Virus record (IMG/VR): IMGVR_UViG_3300045253_000023
Span: 64,001 to 128,000 of that record
Direction: 5' to 3' (one strand)
DNA length: 64,000 nt
Source: a virus
Part shown: piece by piece, positions 1 to 10,302 of the stretch
Numbering within the stretch: the stretch's first letter is position 1
Layout: each line of letters begins with the position of its first letter
Notes under the pieces: model-generated
What the model was told of the DNA's origin: nothing
The model's input: the letters and a program-made list of their open reading frames with translations, nothing else
Databases searched by the model: none
Program-made: the position numbers and the translations under genes

Positions 1-912
1 AAAGAAGTGATTGGATTCAATCCATGCGCAGAACAATCACTGGCCAACAAAGAAACCTGCTGCTTGGCAGAAGTGTTTCTTCCAAACATCAAGTCAGAAG
101 CAGAATTGTTCAAAGTGGTCAGGCTACTCTATAAGGTCTGCAAGCATTCACTTGCACTCAAATGTCACAACAAGGACACCCAGGGAATTGTTCACAAGAA
201 CATGCGCATGGGTATCGGTGTCACTGGATATCTCCAGGCTACTGAGGAACAGCGTAGTTGGTTGGCAGAATGCTACAAGAAGCTGCGTGCCTTCGATGTC
301 GAGTACTCCAAGGCCCAGGGATTCACCCCATCCATCAAGCTGACCACTGTGAAGCCATCTGGCACGCTCTCGTTGCTCCCAGGTGTGACTCCTGGTTGCC
401 ATCCAGGATATGCTCAGCATATGATCCGTCGCATCCGTGTGGCATCCAATAGCCCACTGATTGAAGTCATCAAGAAACATGGCTATCATGTTGAATATCA
501 ACGCAAATTTGATGGCAGCAATGATTACAACACAATGGTGGCTTCGTTTCCATATTCCTATCCAGCAGGCACCAAGCTGGCCAAGGACATGTCAGCAATT
601 GATCAGCTGGAAACAGTTCGCACTCTTCAAACAGATTGGTCTGATAATTCAGTGTCTTGCACAGTGTATTATCGCAAGGAAGAATTGCCTGAGATCAAGG
701 AATATCTGGCCAAGCATTACAACAAGAACTTCAAGACACTGTCATTCTTGTTGCATTCTGAGCATGGCTTTGATCAGGCTCCATTTGAAGAGATCACTGA
801 AGAGGCTCACACCAAGATGGTGTCCAAGTCCAAGATTATCTTGACAATTGATGATGCTGGTGAACTTGATGTTGATGCTGAATGCGCAGGTGGTGTATGT
901 CCAATACGATAG
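1..912 (+). CDS. nrdJ: Class II (AdoCbl) ribonucleotide reductase, C-terminal part (5' truncated by window)
   Basis: GFNPCAE catalytic motif, TTVKPSGTLSLLPGVTPGCHP, W-DNSVSCT, C-terminal CAGGVCPIR redox tail. Confidence 0.9.
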   Translation, partial: KEVIGFNPCAEQSLANKETCCLAEVFLPNIKSEAELFKVVRLLYKVCKHSLALKCHNKDTQGIVHKNMRMGIGVTGYLQATEEQRSWLAECYKKLRAFDVEYSKAQGFTPSIKLTTVKPSGTLSLLPGVTPGCHPGYAQHMIRRIRVASNSPLIEVIKKHGYHVEYQRKFDGSNDYNTMVASFPYSYPAGTKLAKDMSAIDQLETVRTLQTDWSDNSVSCTVYYRKEELPEIKEYLAKHYNKNFKTLSFLLHSEHGFDQAPFEEITEEAHTKMVSKSKIILTIDDAGELDVDAECAGGVCPIR

Positions 913-1023
913 AATGTCCTAATTGCTTTGCGAAACCAATGAGTCGAATTCGGATGGTCAAACATCATGAAACTTGTTGGCCAACGCATATAAGTACCAA
1001 GTCAGAACAGGAGTTACCATCCA

Positions 1024-1248
1024 ATGGCAGCACTCGAAATTCCAAAGAAGAAAGAACTGCAAGAACAAGCTGATGAGATTCTTGGTCTTATTGCTTTCCA
1101 GCCTTTGACTGAAGCAGTCGAAGTTGTGAAGGAATACAACAAGAATCATGAATCGCATTTCTCGCTCGTTTACAACAACCAAACCCGAACAGCAACAGTG
1201 ATGAACAAAGGTCGTCGATTCTTTGAGATCACTCCTGACGGAATGTAA
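1024..1248 (+). CDS. Hypothetical protein
   Basis: ORF with AGGAG RBS, after TATAAGTA late-promoter-like motif at 989. Confidence 0.6.
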   Translation: MAALEIPKKKELQEQADEILGLIAFQPLTEAVEVVKEYNKNHESHFSLVYNNQTRTATVMNKGRRFFEITPDGM

Positions 1249-1264
1249 CAAAGGACATCATATC

Positions 1265-1636
1265 ATGATAAATTATGCAGCAATTGCGAAAGTGGCCCAT
1301 GAAATCAACAGAGCATACTGTCAGGCTCTCGGTGATTTTTCTCAGCAATCGTGGGAAGCAGCCCCAGATTGGCAAAAAGATTCTGCTGTCGCTGGAGTCA
1401 AATTCCATTGCGATAATCCATCAGCAACACCTGAACAGTCTCATGAGAAGTGGTTGGAAGTCAAGAAGGCTGAAGGCTGGACGTATGGTCCTGTCAAAGA
1501 TGCCGTCAAGAAAGAACATCCTTGCTTCATGCCATATGATGGCTTGCCTGTTGAGCAACGCGCCAAGGACTATCTGTTCCGCCAAACGGTACACAGCTTG
1601 AAGGACATTCTTGCCTTCCATACAAAGAACGCTTGA
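1265..1636 (+). CDS. RyR-domain protein
   Basis: SHEKWLEVKKAEGWTYGPVKDAVKKEHPCFMPYDGLP..QRAKD matches the RyR repeat. Confidence 0.85.
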   Translation: MINYAAIAKVAHEINRAYCQALGDFSQQSWEAAPDWQKDSAVAGVKFHCDNPSATPEQSHEKWLEVKKAEGWTYGPVKDAVKKEHPCFMPYDGLPVEQRAKDYLFRQTVHSLKDILAFHTKNA

Positions 1637-1661
1637 CTTCTTTGTTCAACTCAGGTAGAAT
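1633..1661 (+). promoter_or_regulatory. sigma70-like early promoter
   Basis: TTGACT-17 nt-TAGAAT. Confidence 0.8.
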
Positions 1662-1687
1662 AGATTCCCTTGTGATAGGAGTATATC

Positions 1688-2623
1688 ATGCGCATTCGTT
1701 ACGTCTCAGATTTACATCTTGAAATCTCCCGCGACAACTTTCGCTTGGACAACAAGCAGAAGGATGACGTTCTTGTTTTGGCTGGAGACATCTGCTGCTT
1801 GATGGATGTGTATCATGCTCAGGACTTCATGGAGGACGCACTGTCCACTGTGATGAAGGATGTCTACATCAACTTCATCAATGATTGCTGCAAGAAATTC
1901 AAGCATGTCATTATGGTGCTCGGCAACCACGATTATTGGGGTTTGCAGATTCAGATGCAGCCTGACAATCCTCACTATTTCCTGAGCAACAATCCTCAGG
2001 CAGACAAGAGTCCAATCATCTATCAGCATCTGGCGCAAAAGAATGCCAACTTCCATTTGCTGAGTGGTAATTCTGTCTTTGTTGACAATGTGCTCTTCAT
2101 TGGCGCGACCCTTTGGACGGATATGAAGAATGGCGACCCAATGATCTCCATCCAGTCGAAGACACATATGAATGACTGGCGCAAGATTTATGTGCAATCC
2201 AAGTATAGTTGCACTGCGATCACACCTGCTGATTGGGTCAAACTAAATAAGATTGACACTCAGAAACTCGCTGGCCAGCTCAACGCAGCAATCAAGGCCA
2301 ATGTCGAGAAGATTGTTGTTGTCACTCACATGGCTCCATTCTCCGAGTCAGTTGGTGCAAAATTCGTTGGCAACCCAATGAATCACATGTTCCACAACAA
2401 CAATTTCGGCTCAGTCAAAACAGGTGCAGTTGCGCCATTTGATCGTGCCAACATTTGGATCCATGGTCACATGCATGATGTGGTGGACTACAATGTCTTG
2501 AATGACAACGATACCGCAACTCACGTTGTTGCCAATCCACGAGGATATGTCTTCAAAGACAATCATGGCAAGTGGGTGTCTGAACGTACTAACTTCAATC
2601 CCAACCTCTTTGTAGAGATTTGA
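1688..2623 (+). CDS. Calcineurin-like metallophosphoesterase
   Basis: SDLH, AGD, GNHD, THMAP, HGHMH, NPRGY motifs. Confidence 0.9.
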   Translation: MRIRYVSDLHLEISRDNFRLDNKQKDDVLVLAGDICCLMDVYHAQDFMEDALSTVMKDVYINFINDCCKKFKHVIMVLGNHDYWGLQIQMQPDNPHYFLSNNPQADKSPIIYQHLAQKNANFHLLSGNSVFVDNVLFIGATLWTDMKNGDPMISIQSKTHMNDWRKIYVQSKYSCTAITPADWVKLNKIDTQKLAGQLNAAIKANVEKIVVVTHMAPFSESVGAKFVGNPMNHMFHNNNFGSVKTGAVAPFDRANIWIHGHMHDVVDYNVLNDNDTATHVVANPRGYVFKDNHGKWVSERTNFNPNLFVEI

Positions 2624-2626
2624 CAT

Positions 2627-3277
2627 ATGACAGCACGCCTGCGTGATTACATCCGCATATACGATGATGCGATTCCAGCTGAGGCTATCGACAAGCTGCG
2701 TCAGTTCTACTATTTCATGGAGAAGAAAGGTGATGTGAAGTTGGTTGATGTTGAGAACTATGCCAGATACTATCATGTTCCCATCACATCGTCAATCAAG
2801 GAAAAGGAAGATGAGGCGCATCTATGCCATAAGTATTTGGCAAAGGTTCAACTGCATTATTTCCAGGAATATCAGAAGCAAATTGGTATCTCACATCAAC
2901 GATTGTTCTCTTCTGAATCTGATGGCGACACCACACGCGCATACAATGAATCATTCTTCATGCGCATGTATGCTCAGGATTGTTTCGTTGGCGAGCAGTA
3001 TGATGCGCGTTGCCACAACTCTGGTCGTCGTTTCTTGTCTTCAGTTTTGTTCTTGACCAATGATGAACAGAACTCATTCCACTTCGATACTCCAGTGGTT
3101 GCTGAACCAATCAAGGCAAAGGAAGGTCGTCTTGTGATCTTCCCATCCAGTTGGCAGTATGTCCACAAGGAACTTCCACCAATTGAAACTCATCCGCGCA
3201 TCAACATCTATGGTTTCTATAGCTGGTATGATGAACTCGCGGCCATGAAGAAGATTGAAGAGGCAAAGAAATCATGA
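2627..3277 (+). CDS. 2OG-Fe(II) oxygenase-like protein (HxD degenerate)
   Basis: RRFLSSVLFL...GRLVIFPSSWQYVH pattern of phage 2OG oxygenases; QYD at the HxD position. Confidence 0.7.
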   Translation: MTARLRDYIRIYDDAIPAEAIDKLRQFYYFMEKKGDVKLVDVENYARYYHVPITSSIKEKEDEAHLCHKYLAKVQLHYFQEYQKQIGISHQRLFSSESDGDTTRAYNESFFMRMYAQDCFVGEQYDARCHNSGRRFLSSVLFLTNDEQNSFHFDTPVVAEPIKAKEGRLVIFPSSWQYVHKELPPIETHPRINIYGFYSWYDELAAMKKIEEAKKS

Positions 3278-3762
3278 GCGCAATCAACCACACACAATTC
3301 ATGAACATCGCCAAGGAAGTGGCCAAGAGTTCAAATTGTATCTCACTCCAAGTTGGTTCAATCATTGTTGTGGACAATCGTATTCGTTCCATGGGTTACA
3401 ATGGAACACCAAAAGGATTTGTGAACTGTTCTGATCTGTTTCGCGAACGCGGTCCAGAACACACTAAATGGTCCATGGATCATGAAGTACACGCGGAACT
3501 CAACGCTGTTCTCTATGCAGCAGCCGAGGGACTTCCGATCAAAGGCGGCACCATCTACACCACAGTTGAACCTTGTAAGAATTGCATGAAGCACATGATC
3601 GGCGCTCAGCTGAAATCATGTGTGTTCGATCAAGCATACTACAATGAACAATATGACGACAAGACCATCAAGCATGAGCTTGCCAAGGGATGTGGCTTCG
3701 GAGTTTATCAACTCATCAACGGGATTGCTGTCGATTGGACACTAGCACAAGATCAACCATAG
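3274..3762 (+). CDS. dCMP deaminase
   Basis: GYNGTP, HAELNA, PCKNC zinc motifs. Confidence 0.9.
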   Translation: MSAINHTQFMNIAKEVAKSSNCISLQVGSIIVVDNRIRSMGYNGTPKGFVNCSDLFRERGPEHTKWSMDHEVHAELNAVLYAAAEGLPIKGGTIYTTVEPCKNCMKHMIGAQLKSCVFDQAYYNEQYDDKTIKHELAKGCGFGVYQLINGIAVDWTLAQDQP

Positions 3763-4367
3763 GAATTGACTTCTCAATGACTTCCCCTGCGCTGTGCCGC
3801 TTCATTGGCACTCCAGGGGAGTTTTCGTTTGAAGGATGTGAGTTCCTGTTTCTCACAGGAAAGAAATTCCAACAGAAAGAACACTTGAATGGCTCCATGA
3901 TTGGCCGCCCATTCAAGGCATATCGAACAGACACAGAACGTTTTCTACTGAACGCGCATGACATCAAACACTGGGTTAAACCGTCGTCGCTGGTGGACAT
4001 ATACATTGAAGGCTATTCATTCGGGTCAAGAGGCTCAAGACTTTTTCAGATCGGCGAGGCGGTGGGAATCCTCAAGACACTGTTAATGCATGACCAGGAT
4101 GGTAGAATGATCAATGAGGGAAGGAACATATGTCCACTGGCGCCGTCGGCCATCAAGAAGTTTGCGACTGGAAAAGGCAATGCAGACAAGCAAATGATGT
4201 ACAATGCGTTCTTCAAAGAGACAGGATGCAACCTGCTCAACACATTCAAACAACTCTCCGTGGCTTCTCCCATCAATGATATTGTCGATGCATATTACAT
4301 CTGCAAATTAGGAACGACTCTGAAGGGGAATACATATACAGGTACGACAACAAAACAACCAGGATAA
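3735..4367 (+). CDS. RuvC-like Holliday junction resolvase (start uncertain)
   Basis: IGIDFS, IEGYSFGS, PSAIKKFATGKGNADK, DIVDAY. Confidence 0.85.
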   Translation: MDTSTRSTIGIDFSMTSPALCRFIGTPGEFSFEGCEFLFLTGKKFQQKEHLNGSMIGRPFKAYRTDTERFLLNAHDIKHWVKPSSLVDIYIEGYSFGSRGSRLFQIGEAVGILKTLLMHDQDGRMINEGRNICPLAPSAIKKFATGKGNADKQMMYNAFFKETGCNLLNTFKQLSVASPINDIVDAYYICKLGTTLKGNTYTGTTTKQPG

Positions 4368-4371
4368 TATC

Positions 4372-4701
4372 ATGGCAAAGGGTAGCAAGAAACAATTTGA
4401 CGATTTGAGTCCCAAAGCATTTCCTGTTGTGGGTCTCGATGCCCCAGCTGGAGAAGAGGAACAACTCATTCCATCTGAAAACACAATTGGCGATCCAAGA
4501 CCACAAACAGTTGATGGCTGGATCAAACTAAATGAACAATGGATTCGCACTGAGGCTCGTGGCCTCTATCAAGTGGTCCGTCGTTTCGTTTCCGACTTTG
4601 ATCTGCTTCCTATCATGGAATGTGATCTGCAACGATTTGAACCTTCGCTTCAAGTCCGCAGAATCCTTGAGAAGTTGCTGATCAATCACAGAAAGGCATA
4701 G
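4372..4701 (+). CDS. Hypothetical protein
   Basis: ORF in tight operon with RBS. Confidence 0.6.
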   Translation: MAKGSKKQFDDLSPKAFPVVGLDAPAGEEEQLIPSENTIGDPRPQTVDGWIKLNEQWIRTEARGLYQVVRRFVSDFDLLPIMECDLQRFEPSLQVRRILEKLLINHRKA

Positions 4702-4711
4702 GAGAAAACTT

Positions 4712-5212
4712 ATGGCAGCTGGAAAACCAGGTCGCCCACGTAAGGCACCACCAAAGACACCTGCGACAGACGCAGCTTCAGCAGCAATTGCTGAACAGGC
4801 CAAGCAGGAAAAAGAAAATGCAGAACCAGTCACTGGCGAATTCAATGCCAACGATTTGGCTCCATCTTCCGACCAAGGCAACGTCGATGCTTCTGAGGAA
4901 GATGGCGACGATGATGAACAGGAAGAAGTGCAAGATGACGATGATGCTGTTGCTTCTGATGAGAAAGAAGAACCAGCATTCAACAGCGATGACATTGAAG
5001 ATGTCAAGATTGCTGCTCTTGAATTCCTGAGCACAGATGAATGCAAAGAACTTGTTCGTCGCGGAAACAGCGCGAAGAAGATTTTCCAGATTGCTCTGCA
5101 CAACGCAGGTATGAACACTCATACACATGCATTTGCTGAGCAGATGCGCAAGCACTTCACTGACCATGCTGATGTGTTGAAAGACACTTCGGAACTCATC
5201 AAGGCACTGTAA
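4712..5212 (+). CDS. Hypothetical acidic protein with N-terminal GRPRK (AT-hook-like)
   Basis: AGGAG RBS; KPGRPRK followed by D/E-rich tract. Confidence 0.6.
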   Translation: MAAGKPGRPRKAPPKTPATDAASAAIAEQAKQEKENAEPVTGEFNANDLAPSSDQGNVDASEEDGDDDEQEEVQDDDDAVASDEKEEPAFNSDDIEDVKIAALEFLSTDECKELVRRGNSAKKIFQIALHNAGMNTHTHAFAEQMRKHFTDHADVLKDTSELIKAL

Positions 5213-5215
5213 TCA

Positions 5216-6052
5216 ATGGTTGCTTCCTTCAGGCAGTTCTCTGGAGAGCTGACCGAAAGTGGAATGTCTTTTTCAGGCATTCAAACTTCGCGCATTTCCA
5301 AAGAGAACATTGAACCTACTGTCAATTCTGTGCTGGCCAAACTGAAGAAGTATGGTTATCGCAGAAGTGACTTGTCATTGCTGGGTTCTACAGGCAAGAA
5401 GGAGAGCAGCGGTGATATTGATGTGGGCATCCACACCGAACCACTGCTCAATGCCACCAACATGTCTGAGATTGGGCCTGCTCTGAAGAAATTGCAGAGC
5501 TATCTGGCTGGTTTCTATGGCGATGTCAAATTCATCTTTGGCATGCAGCTATCCATGGGTGTGCCTGTGGTTGGATCTTCTGGAAGACCAACTGGTGAGT
5601 TTTGCCAGGTTGATTTGATGTTCACTCCATCATTGGAGACATCTTCCTTCTACTATCACTCTCCTGCCCAGAGTGAGTCTCAGTACAAGGGCGCATACCG
5701 CACCACCCTGTTGTTCGCGATTGCGATAGAGCACCAGCGCGTTGATCTAGGTGATGGTAGAGAGGAACGATACTGGTTTGACAAATGGTATGGTCTCCTG
5801 AAGGGAGTTGAAGCCAAAGTTGGCAACAAACGAGTTGCCTCTGACAAGGAAATGGTCACCAATGTTCCTGATGAGATTGTCCAGATTCTATTGGGACCAT
5901 CCTTCACAGTTGCTGATTGCAATTCATTTGAATCCATTTGGAAGGCAATCCACTCGTCAAAGTTTGTTGGTAAATCCACATTAAGTCGAGTTGTGTCCAC
6001 ATTCAAGGACATCTGTAACAAACAAAAGATGCCGTTGCCATCAGGAGTGTAA
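5216..6052 (+). CDS. Pol-beta-superfamily nucleotidyltransferase-like protein, probably head-packaged
   Basis: LLGSTGKKESSGDIDVGI (GS..DxD) and QVDLM third Asp; N-terminal SFRQF..LTE. Confidence 0.7.
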   Translation: MVASFRQFSGELTESGMSFSGIQTSRISKENIEPTVNSVLAKLKKYGYRRSDLSLLGSTGKKESSGDIDVGIHTEPLLNATNMSEIGPALKKLQSYLAGFYGDVKFIFGMQLSMGVPVVGSSGRPTGEFCQVDLMFTPSLETSSFYYHSPAQSESQYKGAYRTTLLFAIAIEHQRVDLGDGREERYWFDKWYGLLKGVEAKVGNKRVASDKEMVTNVPDEIVQILLGPSFTVADCNSFESIWKAIHSSKFVGKSTLSRVVSTFKDICNKQKMPLPSGV

Positions 6053-6055
6053 CAA

Positions 6056-7369
6056 ATGGCAACCAAGCTGTCTCCAGCCGATGTCCAGAAGTACGCAGCA
6101 TTCATCACTTCAACTTTGAAATACAAGGTGAAGAAGGTGGCTGGTAGCAAGATCACCTTGTTTGCCAAGTCATCTGATCGCATGTCTGAACTCAAAAGTC
6201 TTCAGAAGAGTTTCAAAAACAGCACCTGGGAAAACAAAGATTCATCAGTGGGTCGATTGTTTCTGAAAGACAATGGGGTGATGATCTATCTGAAAGATGA
6301 GACAGTCGGTTCTGAGTCATTGGGTATCAAAGCTGAAGCCATGGTCAAGATGGGCAAGAGCATTGTTCGTTCCAAGTGGATTGCTGGTGGCGGTGTTGAG
6401 TTTGATTCTGTTGTCCATACAGATGCGCGCACGTTGCGTGCCTCGGTTGTGGCTGCCTTCAAAGCCAATGCCAAGACAAAGAACCTGGCGCCATTCATTG
6501 ACCAACTGTTTGACAGGAAGAACTACAAGAAGATTCCATGGCCGCATGATGTGCCAGAAAATGAGCGCGCCCAGATTGCTAAGTACGTTGGTGAGGTGCT
6601 TGTGGGTTACATGGCACTTGATGGCAACTACAGCTGCATTCGCAATCTGAATCCAGGAAAGAAAGCAACTGCTGTTATCTTCCCAATGTCAGCAAACATG
6701 AAGGGAATTGATTCCATCATTGTTGTTGGCAGCAAACAGTACCCAGTTTCTTCCAAAAGCGGAACAGGTGCCTCGGCTTCCTGGTTTGCCAACATTGCGC
6801 CGTATGCTATCAAGCATCTGAATGACTTCAAGTCTTCTGAGCTCAAGACCATCGCCACATTCATCGCAAGGTCTGGTGTTGCTCCAGACAAGAGCGGAGA
6901 AGCCATTAAGTTGCTGTATCGTTATGGACTCTCTGTCATGAAGATCAAAGACATTGATCCGCTGCGCTTGTTGACCAAGGTGAAAGCACACAACAAACGT
7001 GATCCAGAAGTCATTCACATGATGTCAGAGATCAAGATGCGTGGTGAGAAGTTTCTGAATGATCCAAGAACATTACATGAAGTGATCAGCAAGTTTCCAG
7101 CATCAATCAGTGGTTTCTTCTCACGCATGATTGCGAAGAGGCTGAACTCTGATCCAGCATCCATCCAACAAATGAAAGACCTGATTGCTGCCAAAGGCTT
7201 TTGGCAAGTCAATTTGGACAAGAACAAATTCATCAAAGACAATGGCGAAATCATCTTTGATGCGAAGGTCTCCAAGGGAGGAATCAATTCTCTGAAGATC
7301 ATTGCATCCAAAGGACAGCTGACAGACCCTGGCCTCAATCGTGGTCTCCTCAATTACGAGCTCAAATAG
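6056..7369 (+). CDS. Hypothetical basic protein
   Basis: 437-aa ORF in operon; GIDS...SSK is weakly nuclease-like. Confidence 0.6.
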   Translation: MATKLSPADVQKYAAFITSTLKYKVKKVAGSKITLFAKSSDRMSELKSLQKSFKNSTWENKDSSVGRLFLKDNGVMIYLKDETVGSESLGIKAEAMVKMGKSIVRSKWIAGGGVEFDSVVHTDARTLRASVVAAFKANAKTKNLAPFIDQLFDRKNYKKIPWPHDVPENERAQIAKYVGEVLVGYMALDGNYSCIRNLNPGKKATAVIFPMSANMKGIDSIIVVGSKQYPVSSKSGTGASASWFANIAPYAIKHLNDFKSSELKTIATFIARSGVAPDKSGEAIKLLYRYGLSVMKIKDIDPLRLLTKVKAHNKRDPEVIHMMSEIKMRGEKFLNDPRTLHEVISKFPASISGFFSRMIAKRLNSDPASIQQMKDLIAAKGFWQVNLDKNKFIKDNGEIIFDAKVSKGGINSLKIIASKGQLTDPGLNRGLLNYELK

Positions 7370-7370
7370 C

Positions 7371-8531
7371 ATGTTGAAGGTCAAACCACTCAAGCAGTAT
7401 CTCACAGAACTCCTGCACTTGTCAGACGCATTTGACAAGAAGGGCGCTGACTTTGTTCAGCAGCTCATTTCACAACACGTGGTTGTTTCTGTGAAGGTCG
7501 ACAGCGCATCGCTTGTGGTCATGAATGACAATGGCACGCTGCGCTTCTATGGACGCAATGGTGCTCAAGAAATTGACCTGATCAAGCGCACTGGCTTTGA
7601 CTTCTATGAGAAGGCCATCAATCATTGCGAGAAGATGCAGTGGCGTCGACTTCCATCTGGTGTCCAGTTCTTCATGGAGATGTTTTCAGACATTCTCAAT
7701 CCAGTGATCAAGTATGCTACTCGCCCGCGCAATGACCTTATTCTATTGTTCGCAAAACGTGGTGGCAAGATTCTGCGTCCAGATGATCCAATGTTGTGGA
7801 AGGCTGCTGAGATTCTTCAGATTGGCGAACCACCATTGATCTTCTCTGGAAAATTGGATCAAGACCAGAAGGAACAAATCTTTGATTTCATCTCAGCTGA
7901 ACCATCTGAGCGCAAGCGCATTTTTGGCGGCGATGATTTCAAGTACATGATCTTGTCCATGTTTGCTGTTCCAAGAGTCACTGACTATCTGATCAAGAAT
8001 GGTCTTGAAGGTATTGTCTTGTACTTTGGCAATTCAGATGAACCAACTCCATTCAAGATTGTTGATCCAAAGTTCACAGAGAAGGTGCTTGACAAGATGG
8101 ATGATTCATCCACCTATCTTCAAGACTTGTATGATATGGCTTTCAACAATGCTGTTGGTTATGCCTCGCAGATTTTGAATCATGAATTCAAAATGTCCAA
8201 GACAAATGTTCAACAGGACTATGTTGAATTTGTGGGTCAACTCACCAAGAGGATCGTGGATTCCCAGGGCAAGCAGATACTAAGTACAGTTGGAAAGTAT
8301 CAGACATATGTTCAGAAGACGCGATACAGCGGTCTGAACATGAATCTCGCACCAACGTACATCTTGGCATATTCCAAGAAGTTCTTCTTTGTTGATGACT
8401 TGTTCAGGACGCTGCTGTTCTCTCTTCAGAAGAGTAATGTGCGCTCCAACCCTGCAAAGGGCATCACAGTCAAGGTCAAAGACGCACTGAACACAATTGC
8501 CACCATGCTCAAAGCAAAAGGACTTGTCTAA
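7371..8531 (+). CDS. ATP-dependent ligase/nucleotidyltransferase-like protein
   Basis: KVDS (motif I-like), FFME, EGIV, FKIV; N-terminal LKQYLTE. Confidence 0.55.
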   Translation: MLKVKPLKQYLTELLHLSDAFDKKGADFVQQLISQHVVVSVKVDSASLVVMNDNGTLRFYGRNGAQEIDLIKRTGFDFYEKAINHCEKMQWRRLPSGVQFFMEMFSDILNPVIKYATRPRNDLILLFAKRGGKILRPDDPMLWKAAEILQIGEPPLIFSGKLDQDQKEQIFDFISAEPSERKRIFGGDDFKYMILSMFAVPRVTDYLIKNGLEGIVLYFGNSDEPTPFKIVDPKFTEKVLDKMDDSSTYLQDLYDMAFNNAVGYASQILNHEFKMSKTNVQQDYVEFVGQLTKRIVDSQGKQILSTVGKYQTYVQKTRYSGLNMNLAPTYILAYSKKFFFVDDLFRTLLFSLQKSNVRSNPAKGITVKVKDALNTIATMLKAKGLV

Positions 8532-8532
8532 C

Positions 8533-8982
8533 ATGACATCTGGACCAATCATCTCATTCAACCGATTCCTTGCTGAATCGGATTCCCTCACATACATGAA
8601 AGTGGCTGCCAATCAAATGGTTCAGTCTTTTCGCTTTGCGCGCTCCGAAGGAGTTGATGCAATGGGACGCTGGATTGTGTTTGTTGGTGAACAAGACCCA
8701 AAATTGCTTGACTCTTCACTGCGTGCCATGGGTTATGAGTTCTTCGAAATGACCGACGATGACGGCAATGCAGTCACAGGTTACATGAAGGATTATGTGG
8801 ACTTGCAGATCATGAAGGCTTCCCGCATTGTGGCTTCTGGCACCATTGTTGGATACGAGATTGCAATCTTCGCCGACACTGATGATGTTGAGGCTCTGGG
8901 CCTGACACCAATGGAAGGTGATTCTGGCGATGGCGATTCAGCAGACGATTCATTCACAGACAACATGCGCAATCAGTTTTAA
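8533..8982 (+). CDS. Hypothetical protein, probably head-packaged
   Basis: N-terminal SFNRFLAE. Confidence 0.55.
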   Translation: MTSGPIISFNRFLAESDSLTYMKVAANQMVQSFRFARSEGVDAMGRWIVFVGEQDPKLLDSSLRAMGYEFFEMTDDDGNAVTGYMKDYVDLQIMKASRIVASGTIVGYEIAIFADTDDVEALGLTPMEGDSGDGDSADDSFTDNMRNQF

Positions 8983-9005
8983 TCATTTTCCATCCGAGGA
9001 TTGCT

Positions 9006-9584
9006 GTGAGATCATTCAAAGAATACCTGACGGAAGCACGCTCTACAACAGCGACATTTTGCTTCGGTAGGTTTCAGCCTCCGACGATTGGGCATGATAG
9101 GCTGTTGGGTGCTGTGAAAAATGAGGCGCGTGGTGGAGAATTCTTCATCTATGCGTCTCAGTCTGAAGATGGCAGGGATAATCCACTGCCATACAAGGCA
9201 AAGATTGCCATTATGAGGACAATGTTTCCTGGAGTGGCAAGCGAGATTCAGCTAGATACTAGCGTGGTGACGTTTTTTGACGCCGCCAAGAACCTAAGTA
9301 AGAAGGGATACAAGAACTTACGGATGGTTGCTGGTTCTGATCGCGTCGGAAAGTTCAAGGAATTGTTGGATAAGTACAACGGCGATCTGTACAACTTTTA
9401 CTCCATTGATGTTGTCTCGGCTGGTGAACGTGATCCAGACCAAGATGGTGTCGCAGGCATGTCAGCATCAAAGATGCGACAAGCTGTCAGAGATGACAAC
9501 TACTCAGCATTTGTTGCTGGGCTGCCAAAATCATACAAGGACAAGCAGGCTCTGTTTGACCTGCTGAAAACAAAACTCTCTTAA
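9006..9584 (+). CDS. HxGH cytidylyltransferase-like protein
   Basis: FGRFQPPTIGH, NPL, VAGSDR, SAGERDPD, MSASKMR; N-terminal MRSFKEYLTE. Confidence 0.85.
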   Translation: MRSFKEYLTEARSTTATFCFGRFQPPTIGHDRLLGAVKNEARGGEFFIYASQSEDGRDNPLPYKAKIAIMRTMFPGVASEIQLDTSVVTFFDAAKNLSKKGYKNLRMVAGSDRVGKFKELLDKYNGDLYNFYSIDVVSAGERDPDQDGVAGMSASKMRQAVRDDNYSAFVAGLPKSYKDKQALFDLLKTKLS

Positions 9585-9600
9585 GGAAAAGGACACAAAC

Positions 9601-10302
9601 ATGTCATTGACTATCAACTACACCAAACTCTTCCACCAGATTCTGAAAGAAATCAAGGAAGATGAGGACAACAAAGACAAAGTCCTCAACGGCGATGAGA
9701 AGGCCGAAGGTGATGAAACCCAAGTTGGCAAGGGTGAACTCCCAGTCAATGGTGATAAGGAAAAGATCACCAAGGGCGCGGTTGGAGAGGGTGAAGACGA
9801 CAAGAAAGATGATGACGAGATGGAAGAGGAAGAAGTCCAGAACGCTGGTGGCCCAGCTGCAAAGATTGGTTCAGGCACACTTCCTTCTGATGGCAACAAG
9901 GCTCGCATCAAGCAAGGTCAAGTTGGTGAGAATGGCCAGAAGCTGGTTGGTTCTCTCGGCGAAGATGAAAAAGATGATGACAAGAATTCCTTCATGAAAG
10001 AAGGTGAAGATGAGCTGGATGCTCTCAACGCTAAGAAAGATGAGAAGAAGGAAGGAATTGAAGACATCAACAAGGACAAGAAAGACGAAACCAAGGAAGG
10101 CGATGAAGGAAACCTCGACAACCTGAAGAAGGATGACGAAAAGAAGGAAGGCGAGGATGACGACAAGGACGCTGACGACAAGAAAGATGAGACCAAGGAA
10201 GGCGAGGATGACGACAAGGCTGACGACAAGAAGGCCGAGAAACAAGAGTCCATCCGCTTCAAGATGTTGAAGGACAGGGTTGCCCGCAAGAGCAAGAAGT
10301 AA
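9601..10302 (+). CDS. Low-complexity D/E/K-rich protein (prohead core/scaffold-like)
   Basis: KEGEDD repeats; follows CTAAGTA at 9294. Confidence 0.55.
   Translation: MSLTINYTKLFHQILKEIKEDEDNKDKVLNGDEKAEGDETQVGKGELPVNGDKEKITKGAVGEGEDDKKDDDEMEEEEVQNAGGPAAKIGSGTLPSDGNKARIKQGQVGENGQKLVGSLGEDEKDDDKNSFMKEGEDELDALNAKKDEKKEGIEDINKDKKDETKEGDEGNLDNLKKDDEKKEGEDDDKDADDKKDETKEGEDDDKADDKKAEKQESIRFKMLKDRVARKSKK

Noticed and set aside
10030-10240. Direct repeats
   Set aside because: They encode the KEGEDD low-complexity protein repeats.
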